A DNA stretch of 64,000 bases from an uncultured delta proteobacterium (GTDB lineage Bacteria > Myxococcota_A > Polyangia > Fen-1088): positions 32,001-96,000 of the forward strand of contig CAVYGB010000008.1 in NCBI GenBank assembly GCA_963767925.1, given 5' to 3'. Below, piece by piece: positions 31,750-41,170 of this stretch. The position numbers and the translations under genes are program-made. The notes below the pieces were generated by a model, which saw only the letters and a list, made by a program, of their open reading frames with translations, made no database searches and was not told where the DNA came from. Each line of letters opens with the position of its first letter. Within the stretch, counting starts at the first letter, position 1.

Positions 31750-33108
31750 ATGCCGACAGATCCGACAGGGCAGGCAACCATCCTGGTCGTCGACGACGAT
31801 CCGGACCTGCTCGCCGGCTACGCCATGGCGCTCGAGATGCAGGGCCATCGCCTGCTCCTGGCCCGCTCGGGGGAGGAGGCGATGACCCTCGCCCGGGGCA
31901 AGCGCCTCGACGTGCTCGTCACCGACATCGTCATGCCGGTCATGGACGGGTTCGAGCTGATCGAACAGCTCCGCGCCGACCTGGGCGAGGGCGCCCCGCC
32001 CGCCATCGTCTGCTCGGGCTTCGACATCACCGAACGGGAGGCGCTCGAGCGGGGTGCCCAGGTCTTCCTGCCCAAGCCGGCCGACCTGGACACGCTGCTC
32101 GAGGCCATCGACTCGTTGATGAAGAAGACGGCCGTCCCGGCCCGCACTCTGGCCCGGCAGCGCGCTCGGGCCCAGGATCAGCGGGCCCGCGTCCGGGACA
32201 CCGCGCGGCTGGAGCTGAATGACCTCGACGAGCGGGAGACGGTTGACCGCGGGCGGCCCTGGCTGGACTGGCTGCGGACCTACCTGGACTGTGCGGGCGC
32301 GGGGGTGATGCTCCTGCGCGACGGGGGGCTCCAGCCGACGGTGGCGGTGGGGACGTTTCCCACCGATGGTCCGGCCGGGCGGTTCCTGACGGGCAACGTG
32401 GGCGCGGTGGTCGAGACCCGCACCTCTCTGGTCATCGGGGATGCCCGCCGGCACCCCAGCTTCAGCCAGACGCTCTCGCCCGGGGCCGGCATCGCCTTCT
32501 TCGCCGGGGTCCCCTTGCTGGTCCCGCCGGACATGGCGGTGGGGGCGCTGTGCGTCTGCGACCCGGAGGCCCGCCGCTTCGAGGCCGAGTCCCTGGTCCT
32601 CCTGGAGCACCTGGGGCGCCGGGGTCCCTCCCAGCTCGTGGCCCGGCATGCCCGCCCTTCCTGGCCCGCGCCCACCCACGAAGCGCCCCTCCTGGTGCGG
32701 GCCACTGTCATGATCCTCCTGTCGAGCGAGCTCAAGGTCGCGCGTCGCACGCACCGCACGGTCGAGCTGGCCCTCTTGCGGCTGTCCCCCGGCGTCTCGC
32801 CCCATGCCGCTGCCCTCCGGCTGTGGGAGGTGGGGGCGGGTCCCCGGACTGCGATCGGCGCCCTGGGGCCCGACCAGGTCGTCCTGTACAAGATGGGCGA
32901 CGGTCGCCAGGTCATGCCCCAGGTGGCGACCTGCCTGGAGCGGTTGCGGGCCGAGGGGATGTTGCGGGCGGCCGGCGTCGTCTCGGCGGATGGCGAGGCG
33001 GGGTTGACCGAAGAGGCCATGGTGGGGCTGGCCGAAAACGCCCTGCTCGCGAGCGGGACCAACGATCCGGAGGGCCAGGCCCGTCGGATCGTGGTCCAGA
33101 CGAGCTGA
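31750..33108 (+). CDS. response regulator with GAF domain and a possible degenerate GGDEF-like C-terminus
   Basis: ILVVDDD, TDIVMPVMDG, PKP; GAF motif FFAGVPL..VGALCVCDPEARRF; no GG[DE]EF motif. Confidence 0.78.
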   Translation: MPTDPTGQATILVVDDDPDLLAGYAMALEMQGHRLLLARSGEEAMTLARGKRLDVLVTDIVMPVMDGFELIEQLRADLGEGAPPAIVCSGFDITEREALERGAQVFLPKPADLDTLLEAIDSLMKKTAVPARTLARQRARAQDQRARVRDTARLELNDLDERETVDRGRPWLDWLRTYLDCAGAGVMLLRDGGLQPTVAVGTFPTDGPAGRFLTGNVGAVVETRTSLVIGDARRHPSFSQTLSPGAGIAFFAGVPLLVPPDMAVGALCVCDPEARRFEAESLVLLEHLGRRGPSQLVARHARPSWPAPTHEAPLLVRATVMILLSSELKVARRTHRTVELALLRLSPGVSPHAAALRLWEVGAGPRTAIGALGPDQVVLYKMGDGRQVMPQVATCLERLRAEGMLRAAGVVSADGEAGLTEEAMVGLAENALLASGTNDPEGQARRIVVQTS

Positions 33109-33127
33109 GGTTGTGTGGGCCGGCGCT

Positions 33128-33370
33128 TCAGGCGCCGGACAGCACGGCTCGGACGAGGATGTCGTTCACCACGCCGGCGACCCCCGGCACGCAGCGGACG
33201 GCCTCGCCGACCTCCGAGCGCTTGGCTGGCGAGGGGAGCCAGCCGCTCAAGGTGACCTGACCCCCCCTGACTGTCAGCTCGAGGTGGGCGGAGCGGGTCC
33301 CCACCGCCCAGCGGACCTGCGCTCGCACGTCACGTTCAATCAGGCTATCGTCGCGGGTTGCTCTTGCCAT
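33128..33370 (-). CDS. single BON domain protein
   Basis: DSLIERDVRAQV...VRGGQVTLSG...VPGVAGVVNDILV. Confidence 0.8.
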   Translation of the reverse strand: MARATRDDSLIERDVRAQVRWAVGTRSAHLELTVRGGQVTLSGWLPSPAKRSEVGEAVRCVPGVAGVVNDILVRAVLSGA

Positions 33371-33498
33371 GCACACTCTCCCTTCCTGGTTGCCCCTGTT
33401 GCTTCCCAATATCTGAAGCCAGTTGAAATTTTTCACAATCGGCGCCCAGCCAATTGCAGCGTTTCCCGACAGGGTCGCTTCCGGTCGCTGATCCCCCC

Positions 33499-34152
33499 TC
33501 AATCGAGGATCTCGCGGCGCGGTCCCCGGATCAAGCCATGGAGGGCGGCAAAGCGCAGCAGATCGTTGGCGTTGTGCAATCCGAGCTTCTTGCGAAGGCG
33601 GTATTTGTGGGTCTCGACGGTCTTGCGGGAGATGCACAATTCCCGGGAAATTTCATTGTTGGCCAGCCCGCCGGCCGCCAGGTGAAAGACCTCCCGCTCT
33701 CGCTCCGAGAGTGCGGCCAGGGCGGTGTTGGCGCTGGTGTCGCCGGTCAGCGCCCCCGGACGGGACGCCAGCTTGGGGGAGAGGTAGCGAACGCCCTGGT
33801 GCACACTGCGGAGCGCCTCCAGGAGGGCGGGGATGGGCTCGGACTTCAGGAGATAGCCGGTGGCGCCGGCGTCGAGCGCCTCGAGGACCTCGTCGAAGGC
33901 ATCGCAGACAGTCACGATGAGGATGCGCGCCTCGGGCAGGCGGCGAGCCATCTCCCGGGCGGCGCTGAACCCGTCCATGCCCGGCAGGAGCAGGTCGAGG
34001 GTCACGACGTCGGGTCGTTTGCTGTCGATGACGGGGAAGGCGGCCCGGGCGTTCGCCGCCTCCCCGACCACCTCGAATTCGGCGACATCGGCCAGCACGT
34101 GCTTGAGCCCATTCCTGAACATCGCGTGGTCGTCGACGATGACGATCTTCAT
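33499..34152 (-). CDS. NarL/LuxR family response regulator
   Basis: MKIVIVDDH, LDLLLPGMDG, GYLLK, LSEREREVF, ISRKTVETHK. Confidence 0.93.
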   Translation of the reverse strand: MKIVIVDDHAMFRNGLKHVLADVAEFEVVGEAANARAAFPVIDSKRPDVVTLDLLLPGMDGFSAAREMARRLPEARILIVTVCDAFDEVLEALDAGATGYLLKSEPIPALLEALRSVHQGVRYLSPKLASRPGALTGDTSANTALAALSEREREVFHLAAGGLANNEISRELCISRKTVETHKYRLRKKLGLHNANDLLRFAALHGLIRGPRREILD

Positions 34153-34306
34153 GCAGCGCCAGCAAGCTGCGTTGCCCGCCGGTCGCTGCCAAACCAAATA
34201 CGGCGCTCACCGATAGCCGGGCGGTTGTCGTCGGAGAAGCTCGCCATTGTCCAACGGCCCCGCCGCGGCCCGATCCTGGGCATGCCTCTCGCTAACGATT
34301 CCGACC

Positions 34307-35845
34307 GTGAACCGGCGGGCTCGGTTATCCGGTTGGACGCTCACGGCGGCGCTGGCCCTATGCCTGCTGCGAGCGCGAGGGGTCCACGCCCAGTTACCCG
34401 GGGGATACGACGATCCCTCGCCGGTCGAGGAGGTGCGCCCGCGTCACGGCGGGCGGGCGCTGCTCGAGACCTCCGGGCTGCTGCTGGGCGGGACGATCTG
34501 GTACTGGCGCAACCTGGACTTCAACTCCCGGGACTGGGACCTTGAGTGGAGCGGCCAGAGCTGGCGGCGCAAGCTCAGCTTGCAGGCAGTCCGCTTCGAC
34601 CAGAACCTGTTCGCCACAAATACCGTGCGGCACGCCGCCGCGGGCGTGGCCCACTATCAGGTCGCGCGGGGCAACGGGTTCGGGATGGCCGCTTCGGCGG
34701 TCACCACCCTCGCCACCTCGCTGTTCTGGGAATATCTGGTGGAATTCCGGGAGTACCCCTCCTTGAACGACCTGGTGACAAACGCCGTCGGCGGGGTCGC
34801 CATCGGGGAGCCGCTCTACCGCCTCGGTGAGCTCTTGCTGCGCAGCCCGCCCCGCTGGTGGTCCCGTGGCCTGGCCGCGCTGGTCTCGCCCGTCGCCACC
34901 TTCAACGACTGGGTGGATCAGCGCGAACGGCCGGGGCAGGCCTGGGTGCGGTCGCCCGCCCGGCGATTCCGGCTCGACGCCGGGCTGGCCCACCAGCGCT
35001 ACGACGGGGCGGGGGCCCGCCCCCTGGTCGGGCTCGGCCTCGAGGCCGCGCTCGTCACGTTGCCCGGCTACGGGCGGGCCATCCGCTCGGCCCGCTGGTC
35101 GGAGCCGGGCGACTGGAGCGGCCTCCAGCTCCGGGCCGAGGTGGGGGCCGATGGCCTGGCTGGCTTCGCTTTCCAGAGCCGCACCTCCTGGCTGGGCTGG
35201 TACCGGCAGAGCCTTTCCGCTTCGGGCGACGGTACCCTGGCTGGCCGCGGCGTGTTCCTGGGGCTCGGCAGCGCCTTCGAATACGAGCGGCTGCAGCGGC
35301 CCGCCGGCGACGACTACCTGGCGGTCCTCGACGTCGCCGGTCCCGTCTTCGAGCTGGTGGGCCGTCGCGGCCGGCTGGCCCTGCGCTGGAGCGGCCAACT
35401 TTACGGGGCATTCGCCATGATCAACGCGCTGGCCTTCGCCGATCACGTGCGTCCTCTTCGAGAGGACGGCGTGTTCCGCCCCGCCCAGAACGGGGGGCGA
35501 CTCCCCGGGGTGCTGGGGGCCCGCGGCTACTACTACGCGATCGGCCTGTCCGGTGGCACGCGGCTCGATCTGGATCTGGGGGGCTGGAGCGCGGGCGGGG
35601 AGCTGCGCGGGGACGACCTCGGCTCGGTCCGGGGCCGCGACAGATTTCTCGAGGAGATGCAGGAGGAATACGAGATCGAGGACGAGCGGGCCAGCGGACA
35701 GATCTGGTTGGCGCTGCCCATCCTGGCCTCCTCCACCCGGCTGTCGAGCAGCCTCACCTGGCGCTGGCGTCGCGGCCAATCGGAAGGAATCACGAGCAGC
35801 TTCCTCGATCGCCGCTTCGATCTGAGCCTGTCGTTGCGGCTTTGA
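34307..35845 (+). CDS. DUF3943-like outer-membrane protein (start uncertain; ORF open from 34247)
   Basis: Signal peptide; FDQNLFATN..H, ARGNGF, SLFWEY..E..SLNDLV..GG...GE; beta-strand-rich C-terminus. Confidence 0.75.
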   Translation: MNRRARLSGWTLTAALALCLLRARGVHAQLPGGYDDPSPVEEVRPRHGGRALLETSGLLLGGTIWYWRNLDFNSRDWDLEWSGQSWRRKLSLQAVRFDQNLFATNTVRHAAAGVAHYQVARGNGFGMAASAVTTLATSLFWEYLVEFREYPSLNDLVTNAVGGVAIGEPLYRLGELLLRSPPRWWSRGLAALVSPVATFNDWVDQRERPGQAWVRSPARRFRLDAGLAHQRYDGAGARPLVGLGLEAALVTLPGYGRAIRSARWSEPGDWSGLQLRAEVGADGLAGFAFQSRTSWLGWYRQSLSASGDGTLAGRGVFLGLGSAFEYERLQRPAGDDYLAVLDVAGPVFELVGRRGRLALRWSGQLYGAFAMINALAFADHVRPLREDGVFRPAQNGGRLPGVLGARGYYYAIGLSGGTRLDLDLGGWSAGGELRGDDLGSVRGRDRFLEEMQEEYEIEDERASGQIWLALPILASSTRLSSSLTWRWRRGQSEGITSSFLDRRFDLSLSLRL

Positions 35846-35870
35846 TCAAACGGAGAATGGGACAAGCGAT

Positions 35871-35991
35871 GGTCAGTCGTTCCTGTAATCCGGGCGCCGG
35901 TCGTTGATCGTTACAGACAGGAAGCGGGAGGCTCGCCTATATGGGGAGTGCCAGACGGTTCGCGTCTCCAGGGGGAAAAAGAGGTGAAAAC
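35871..35991 (+). promoter_or_regulatory. conserved upstream element, copy 2 (shared with 30551-30669)
   Basis: Same colinear blocks at nearly the same distance from the ATG (121 vs 119 bp). Confidence 0.6.
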
Positions 35992-37045
35992 ATGCGTATT
36001 GCACTGATTGCCAGTGAGCCGGTTTTTCGCTTGGGTTTCAGGGCGCTCGTAGAATCCAGGGAGGATCTCGAGCTGGTCGCGGAGGCGAGTGAAGCGCGCA
36101 CGGGTTTCCAGGACCTCGCCGCCCATCAGCCAGACGTCCTGGTGATGGACCTCTTCATGAAAGGGATGAACGGGGTGAACGCCACCCGCGAGCTGCGCCG
36201 GCGGATGCCCGGCATCCGGGTCCTGTTGATCACCGACTGGGCGCGGGAGCGAGACGCCGTCGAGGCCCTGGGGGCCGGGGCCAACGGGCTGGCCTTGAAG
36301 ACGGACGGCGACGAGGAGCTGGTGGACGCCATCCGGCGGGTGCACGCGGGCCAGTCCTACGTGCCGCCGATCTTCCGGCGCTTCGACCTGCTCGATCCCG
36401 CCCGGACCTCGGCCAAGAAGATCGAGGCGGCGGTCAACGACGTCCTCAAGGGGCTGTCCCCGCGGGAGCGGGAGGTGCTCGACCTGGTCGTGCGCGGCTG
36501 GCGGAACGCGGCCATCGCCACCGAGCTGACGATCTCCATCAAGACCGTCGACACCTATCGCACGCGGATTCACCGCAAGCTCGGCTGCCACAACGCCACC
36601 GAGCTCATCCGCTTCGCCGCCGAGAACGACCTGCTCGACCGCCCGGTCGGCGGGCGCGGCGACAAGCCGGGACGCACCATCGTGCTGATGGTGGACGACG
36701 ACCCCCAGGTGCGGGCCCAGATCCAGCGCGACCTGTTCGGGGAAGATTGCCGGCAGATTCACAGCCCCGACGTCACCGGGGCCCTGGCCGAGCTGCGCAC
36801 GAGCCAGACCGCCTCGCTCCTCGTCATCGAGGACGACGCCTCCCCCTTGACGGTGGGGCAGATCTACCGGCAGCTCCTGACCGACGACCCCTTGCTGGCC
36901 CGGCTGCCCGTGCTGGCGGTGTTCGAGAGCACCAGCCGGCGGCCGGCCATCCGGGCGGCGGCGTCGCTGCCCCCGCGCGGTGCCGAAGACGGCCTGGGAC
37001 AGAATCCTCGACCGGGCCGGGGCGGTGGCCGCCCAGGCCATCTAG
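35992..37045 (+). CDS. atypical NarL/LuxR regulator with C-terminal receiver-like domain, paralog of 30670-31746; apparent +1 frameshift near 36970-36998
   Basis: Colinear with the paralog up to AAASLP. Removing one base restores ...DRILDRAGAVAAQAI* ending at TAG 37043-37045. The uncorrected ORF runs to 37206. Confidence 0.82.
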
Positions 37046-37206
37046 CCCCCTGGAAAGGTGATTTCTTGCATATCTCGCCGGTCCTCTTCGTCTCTGGCTG
37101 CGTTGCCCGTCGGTTAAATACGCCAGGTATTCGCCCTCCTCGCGCCTCGCCAGGAACGAAGTTGCCTCGCCGACATATGCAAGACTTCACCGTTCCAGGA
37201 GACTAG
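37042..37206. repeat. 165-bp degenerate palindrome bounded by CTAG (MITE-like element or long hairpin RNA)
   Basis: 37049-37077 matches the reverse complement of 37171-37199 at 25/29. Inner stem 37086-37098/37149-37161; central aatac-gccag-gtatt at 37117-37131. Confidence 0.75.
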
Positions 37207-37209
37207 CGC

Positions 37210-37872
37210 TCAGGGATGGGCGGCTGGCTCCGGGCCGGGCGGCCGGGGGATGAGGTCGTGCAAGGCGGCGAAGCGCACCAGGTCGCTGGCACAGCGGAGG
37301 CCGAGCTTCTTCTGGATGCGATAGCGGTGCGTCTCCACCGTCTTGCGCGATATCGACAGCTCCCCGGCGATCTGAGCGGAGGGCAGCCCGGAGGTCGTCA
37401 AGAGGAACACCTCGCGTTCGCGGGCCGACAGCAACGCGAGGACATTTCTGGGGAGGCCCGAGCGCCGGACTCGCTCGGCGATGGGGGCGAAGGCGGGCGT
37501 CACGTGGCGCTCGCCCGCCGCCACTCGCCGGAGGGCCGCCACCACCTCCTCGGGCGCTTCGGATTTGAGGGCGTAGCCGTGCACGCCGGCGTCGAGGGCG
37601 TCGAGCAGATCCTGGGCCCCTTCGCAACCGGTCAACACGAAGAGCCGGGCCTCCGGTCGGCGCCGGCGTAGCTGGCGGGCCAGGTCGCAGCCGTCCACGC
37701 CGGGCAGGGCGAGGTCGATGACGATCAAGTCGGGCCGGCGAGCGTCGGCGAGCTCCAGCGCCTCGCCGGCGGCGCTCGCCTCGCCAACCACCTCGAAGTG
37801 GGGGAAGGCGGCGAGGAAGGATCGGAGCCCCTGTCGGAAGACGACGTGGTCGTCGACGATGATGACCCGCAT
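37210..37872 (-). CDS. NarL/LuxR family response regulator
   Basis: MRVIIVDDH, IDLALPGVDG, GYALK, LSAREREVF, ISRKTVETHR. Confidence 0.93.
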   Translation of the reverse strand: MRVIIVDDHVVFRQGLRSFLAAFPHFEVVGEASAAGEALELADARRPDLIVIDLALPGVDGCDLARQLRRRRPEARLFVLTGCEGAQDLLDALDAGVHGYALKSEAPEEVVAALRRVAAGERHVTPAFAPIAERVRRSGLPRNVLALLSAREREVFLLTTSGLPSAQIAGELSISRKTVETHRYRIQKKLGLRCASDLVRFAALHDLIPRPPGPEPAAHP

Positions 37873-38163
37873 GCCCTTCGCATACCCCCGCGGGGGCCGC
37901 CGTGCCGGCGCCGAGCGGTGGGGCCGGAGAAAATAAGCAGCGGCCGTACAGCGCGCCGGATGCATAAATTTCATTGCCGCGCGACCGGCCGCCCCCGAGC
38001 GGAAATCTCCGCATGAGCGGGGCCTGACGGGCGTCTTCCTGGTGAGGGAGGCGGCGACAGCCCGGCGGGATGCCCGGCCCGCCGGGGGGTGGCGAGAGAA
38101 AGAGCATGGCGGGCGCGGCAGGGAGGCAGGGGCAGGGAGGGGAAGCCGCGCCCGCCAGGGCGT

Positions 38164-41121
38164 TCACGGCCAGAGCTGACGGCCCGCGGGCAGCAGCAGA
38201 TCGTGCTCGACCTGGAAGGCCAGGCGCGTCTCCAGCTCGGCGGGCAGGCCCAGCGTGCCGGCCAGGTCGGGCTTGTCGTGGGGGGGCAGGCGCACCAGGA
38301 AGCTGCCGCGCAGCGGGCGGGGCGTCCCCGCCAGCACGGCCCGCGCGCCACAGCGAACCAGGGACTGGTGGCAGGCCAGCGCTGGCGCGCCGGTGTCCCG
38401 GAACTGCTTGAGAAACAGCATCGGCACGCGGAGGCCGAGCGCCGGCAGCGCCTGCCGGAGCAGGGGCAGCAGGCGCCGCTCGCCGGGGGCGTGCAGCGCG
38501 GAGGCGCGGGAGCGCCCCGGGATCAGCTCCAGCACGGTGGCCTGCTCGATCTGCTGGATCGCGCCCCCCGCGCGCGCGGCGGGCGAGATCCGGGCCAGCA
38601 CGTCCGCGACAACGGTGACCTCGGGCGGCAGGGCGAAGCCCCGCCCGGGCAAGGGCACCGGCATGTCGATACGCGCGAACAGCTTGGAGAAGCCATAGAT
38701 CTCCCGCCCCGCCTGCAGGCCGATGGCGCTGTCGACGAACAGGTAGGGCGTCAGCAGGCCGATCTCCGCGGGGCCCGTCCGCCCGGAGAGCGTCACCGGC
38801 ACCAGGAACCCGACGTCGTGCTCGTGAAAGAACCCCACCTGGCGGTGCTGATCGTCGCCGCTCTGCACGTGGGGGAGGTCCGCGCACAGCAGCAGGACGA
38901 GACCGGCGCGCGCCGGCCAGGGCCGCGCCGTCACCGCCCCCCCGGTGGGCCGCTCGACCTGCGCGCGGCACAGCTCGGCCAGGGCCTCGGGATCGGCGTG
39001 GAGCACGAACAGCGCGCTGGTGACGTCCCGGGCCTCGACGGGCGCTCGCAGCACCCAGTCGCTGTCCCGATCGACGTAGGACTGGGCGCTGACCGGCACC
39101 AGGTGCTGGTCCGCCCGGCGGTGGATGGCCCGGGCGGCGGCCACCCCGGCCATGGCCGCGGCCTCCAGGCAGCCGGCGTTCAGCTCGGTCTTCACCCAGT
39201 CGCCGGCCAGGTAGAGGTTGTCGAACCCCGATCCATCAGGCGGCAGGCGGAAGCGCAGGGTCCCGGGGGCAGCCAGCACGTAGCGGTCGGAGGCCGCGAC
39301 GTTCGCCCGCCAGTACTGGGCGGCGAAGCGCTCGGGACCGTGGCCCCCGCCGCCGCACAGGTGATCCCAGCTCCAGGCGGGCAAGAGCCCGCGCAGCGCG
39401 CTCTCCAGCCACTGGATCGCCTCCTGGCGCACGGTCTCTCCAGACGCGCCCTCGGCCGCCCCGGCCGCGGCCGGGGGGGACGGTTCCTGCACGCCGCAGA
39501 AGTAATGAACTCCCCGGACGGCGTCGCTGTCTTCCCAGGCCTCCCGCTCGATCACCTGGCTCATGTCGGCCCAGGACACGAACGGACCCTGGAAGGCCCC
39601 GAGCATGCCGGGCCGCCCGCGCCAGCCCAGCCCGGGCGCGTCCCGATCGGTCCAGATCTGGAACGCCCGGGTCGGCACGGTGCGGATCCCCTGCACCATC
39701 TCGGCGAAGGGGGGGTGGGCCTCGGCCAGCTCGGCCGTCATTTCTGGCTCGTCCTGGAAAACGCCCACCGGGATGCCGAGCACGGCCACGTCAAAGTCCC
39801 TCCCCCGCCGGAGGGATCGGAGCGCCCCCGTCGTCCCGGCCCCGGCCTCGAGATCCGCCCCGGACTGCTCGAGCCGCCGGCGCGCGCCGGGGGGGAGCCG
39901 CTCGGACAGCGGGGCGCTCGGCCAGCAGAGGCGGCCCCGGGCTTCGAACAACGGATCGTAGGCCTGGCCCGCGAGGTCGACCTGATCCTCGACGGTGATC
40001 TCGTCGACAACCCGCCCGCCGCCGCTCGATCCGACGCCCAGCTTGCGCACGCGCGAGAAGAAGCGGAAGCGGACCCCCTGCCGGCGCAGCCACAGGTAGA
40101 GCGGGGCGAAGGCCACGTCGCCCATCCCCCCGTTCATGCGGTAGTAGGCCTGGCTTCGGTAGCCGAGCAACATGCGCAAGGTGCCGTGCAGCGCGGTCCC
40201 CGCCCCGAAGTCACCGCGCCCGCTGAACACGAGATCGTAGACCGCCTGGACCAGGGCCGAGTCCCAGGACAGCTCGGGCCAGCGCGCGCCGATCCGGCCG
40301 CCGCTGTGGCGGAGCCAATCCCGGTAGTCGAGCGCGTCGAGGGCCCCGGCCGCGCGCAGGAAGTCCTCCTTGCTCCAGAGGCCGGCGTTGAGGATGCCGA
40401 GCAGGTTGGCCCCGACGAAGTAGGCGATCATCACCTGGCGGCGCCGAACCACCGTGAGCGGATCGCGCCGCTCGGGATCGCCGAGGCGGTGAAACAGCCA
40501 GGTCAACGCGCCCCGGATGCTCGCCCGGGTGGCCTCGCCCAGCAGGTCCGAGCGCAGGCGGGCCGAGTCGCTCTGCCGCTGCACGAGGGTTCGCCCCAGC
40601 CAGTCCAGCCAGGGCGGCGCCCCCCCCTCGGCCTTCAGGATCTGGTAGATGATGCCCAGCCCGCTGCGGATCCAGGCGGCCACGTCGGGATCTTCGGGTG
40701 GCTGCGCGCCCGGGAGCTCGTGCGAGTTGACCGGGAGCTGCAGCTCCCAGATCTCGGCCTGCCCGTCGCGGTAGCGATCGCAGACGTGCAAGTGGTCGGA
40801 TCCGGCCAGCGCCTCGGACCAGGTGCCGACGCCGGCAGCGGGCCCGAGCTCGTCGTAACAGGTCCGCAGGATGTGAAAGACGTTGTCGTAAAACCCCATG
40901 AGGATGTGCAGGCCGTGCTCCTCGATGCGCAGGCCCTTGCCCGGCTCGCGGTTGCGCCCGCTCGCCCCCTTGCCGCCCAGCCGCCAGCCGCGCGGGTAGA
41001 CGGTGATGTCGTAGCGATCGGGATCGAGCCGGACGAGCTGCCAGGCCGCGGCCAGGGCGCCCATCCCCCCGCCCAGCACGGCCACCCGCAGGCGCTCCTT
41101 CGGTCTCTCCGTTCGCAACAT
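38164..41121 (-). CDS. FAD-dependent oxidoreductase (amine oxidase/desaturase-like) fused to an acetoacetate decarboxylase-like domain
   Basis: VAVLGGGMGALAAA, GWRLGGKGASGR, IEEHGLH, NLYLAGDW..GCLEAA; C-terminal PYLFVD...GREIYGFSK. Confidence 0.82.
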   Translation of the reverse strand: MLRTERPKERLRVAVLGGGMGALAAAWQLVRLDPDRYDITVYPRGWRLGGKGASGRNREPGKGLRIEEHGLHILMGFYDNVFHILRTCYDELGPAAGVGTWSEALAGSDHLHVCDRYRDGQAEIWELQLPVNSHELPGAQPPEDPDVAAWIRSGLGIIYQILKAEGGAPPWLDWLGRTLVQRQSDSARLRSDLLGEATRASIRGALTWLFHRLGDPERRDPLTVVRRRQVMIAYFVGANLLGILNAGLWSKEDFLRAAGALDALDYRDWLRHSGGRIGARWPELSWDSALVQAVYDLVFSGRGDFGAGTALHGTLRMLLGYRSQAYYRMNGGMGDVAFAPLYLWLRRQGVRFRFFSRVRKLGVGSSGGGRVVDEITVEDQVDLAGQAYDPLFEARGRLCWPSAPLSERLPPGARRRLEQSGADLEAGAGTTGALRSLRRGRDFDVAVLGIPVGVFQDEPEMTAELAEAHPPFAEMVQGIRTVPTRAFQIWTDRDAPGLGWRGRPGMLGAFQGPFVSWADMSQVIEREAWEDSDAVRGVHYFCGVQEPSPPAAAGAAEGASGETVRQEAIQWLESALRGLLPAWSWDHLCGGGGHGPERFAAQYWRANVAASDRYVLAAPGTLRFRLPPDGSGFDNLYLAGDWVKTELNAGCLEAAAMAGVAAARAIHRRADQHLVPVSAQSYVDRDSDWVLRAPVEARDVTSALFVLHADPEALAELCRAQVERPTGGAVTARPWPARAGLVLLLCADLPHVQSGDDQHRQVGFFHEHDVGFLVPVTLSGRTGPAEIGLLTPYLFVDSAIGLQAGREIYGFSKLFARIDMPVPLPGRGFALPPEVTVVADVLARISPAARAGGAIQQIEQATVLELIPGRSRASALHAPGERRLLPLLRQALPALGLRVPMLFLKQFRDTGAPALACHQSLVRCGARAVLAGTPRPLRGSFLVRLPPHDKPDLAGTLGLPAELETRLAFQVEHDLLLPAGRQLWP

Positions 41122-41170
41122 CTCCGTTTCATGGGGAGCGGCGAGCGTCGGAGCAAGTGCACGTCTGCCG

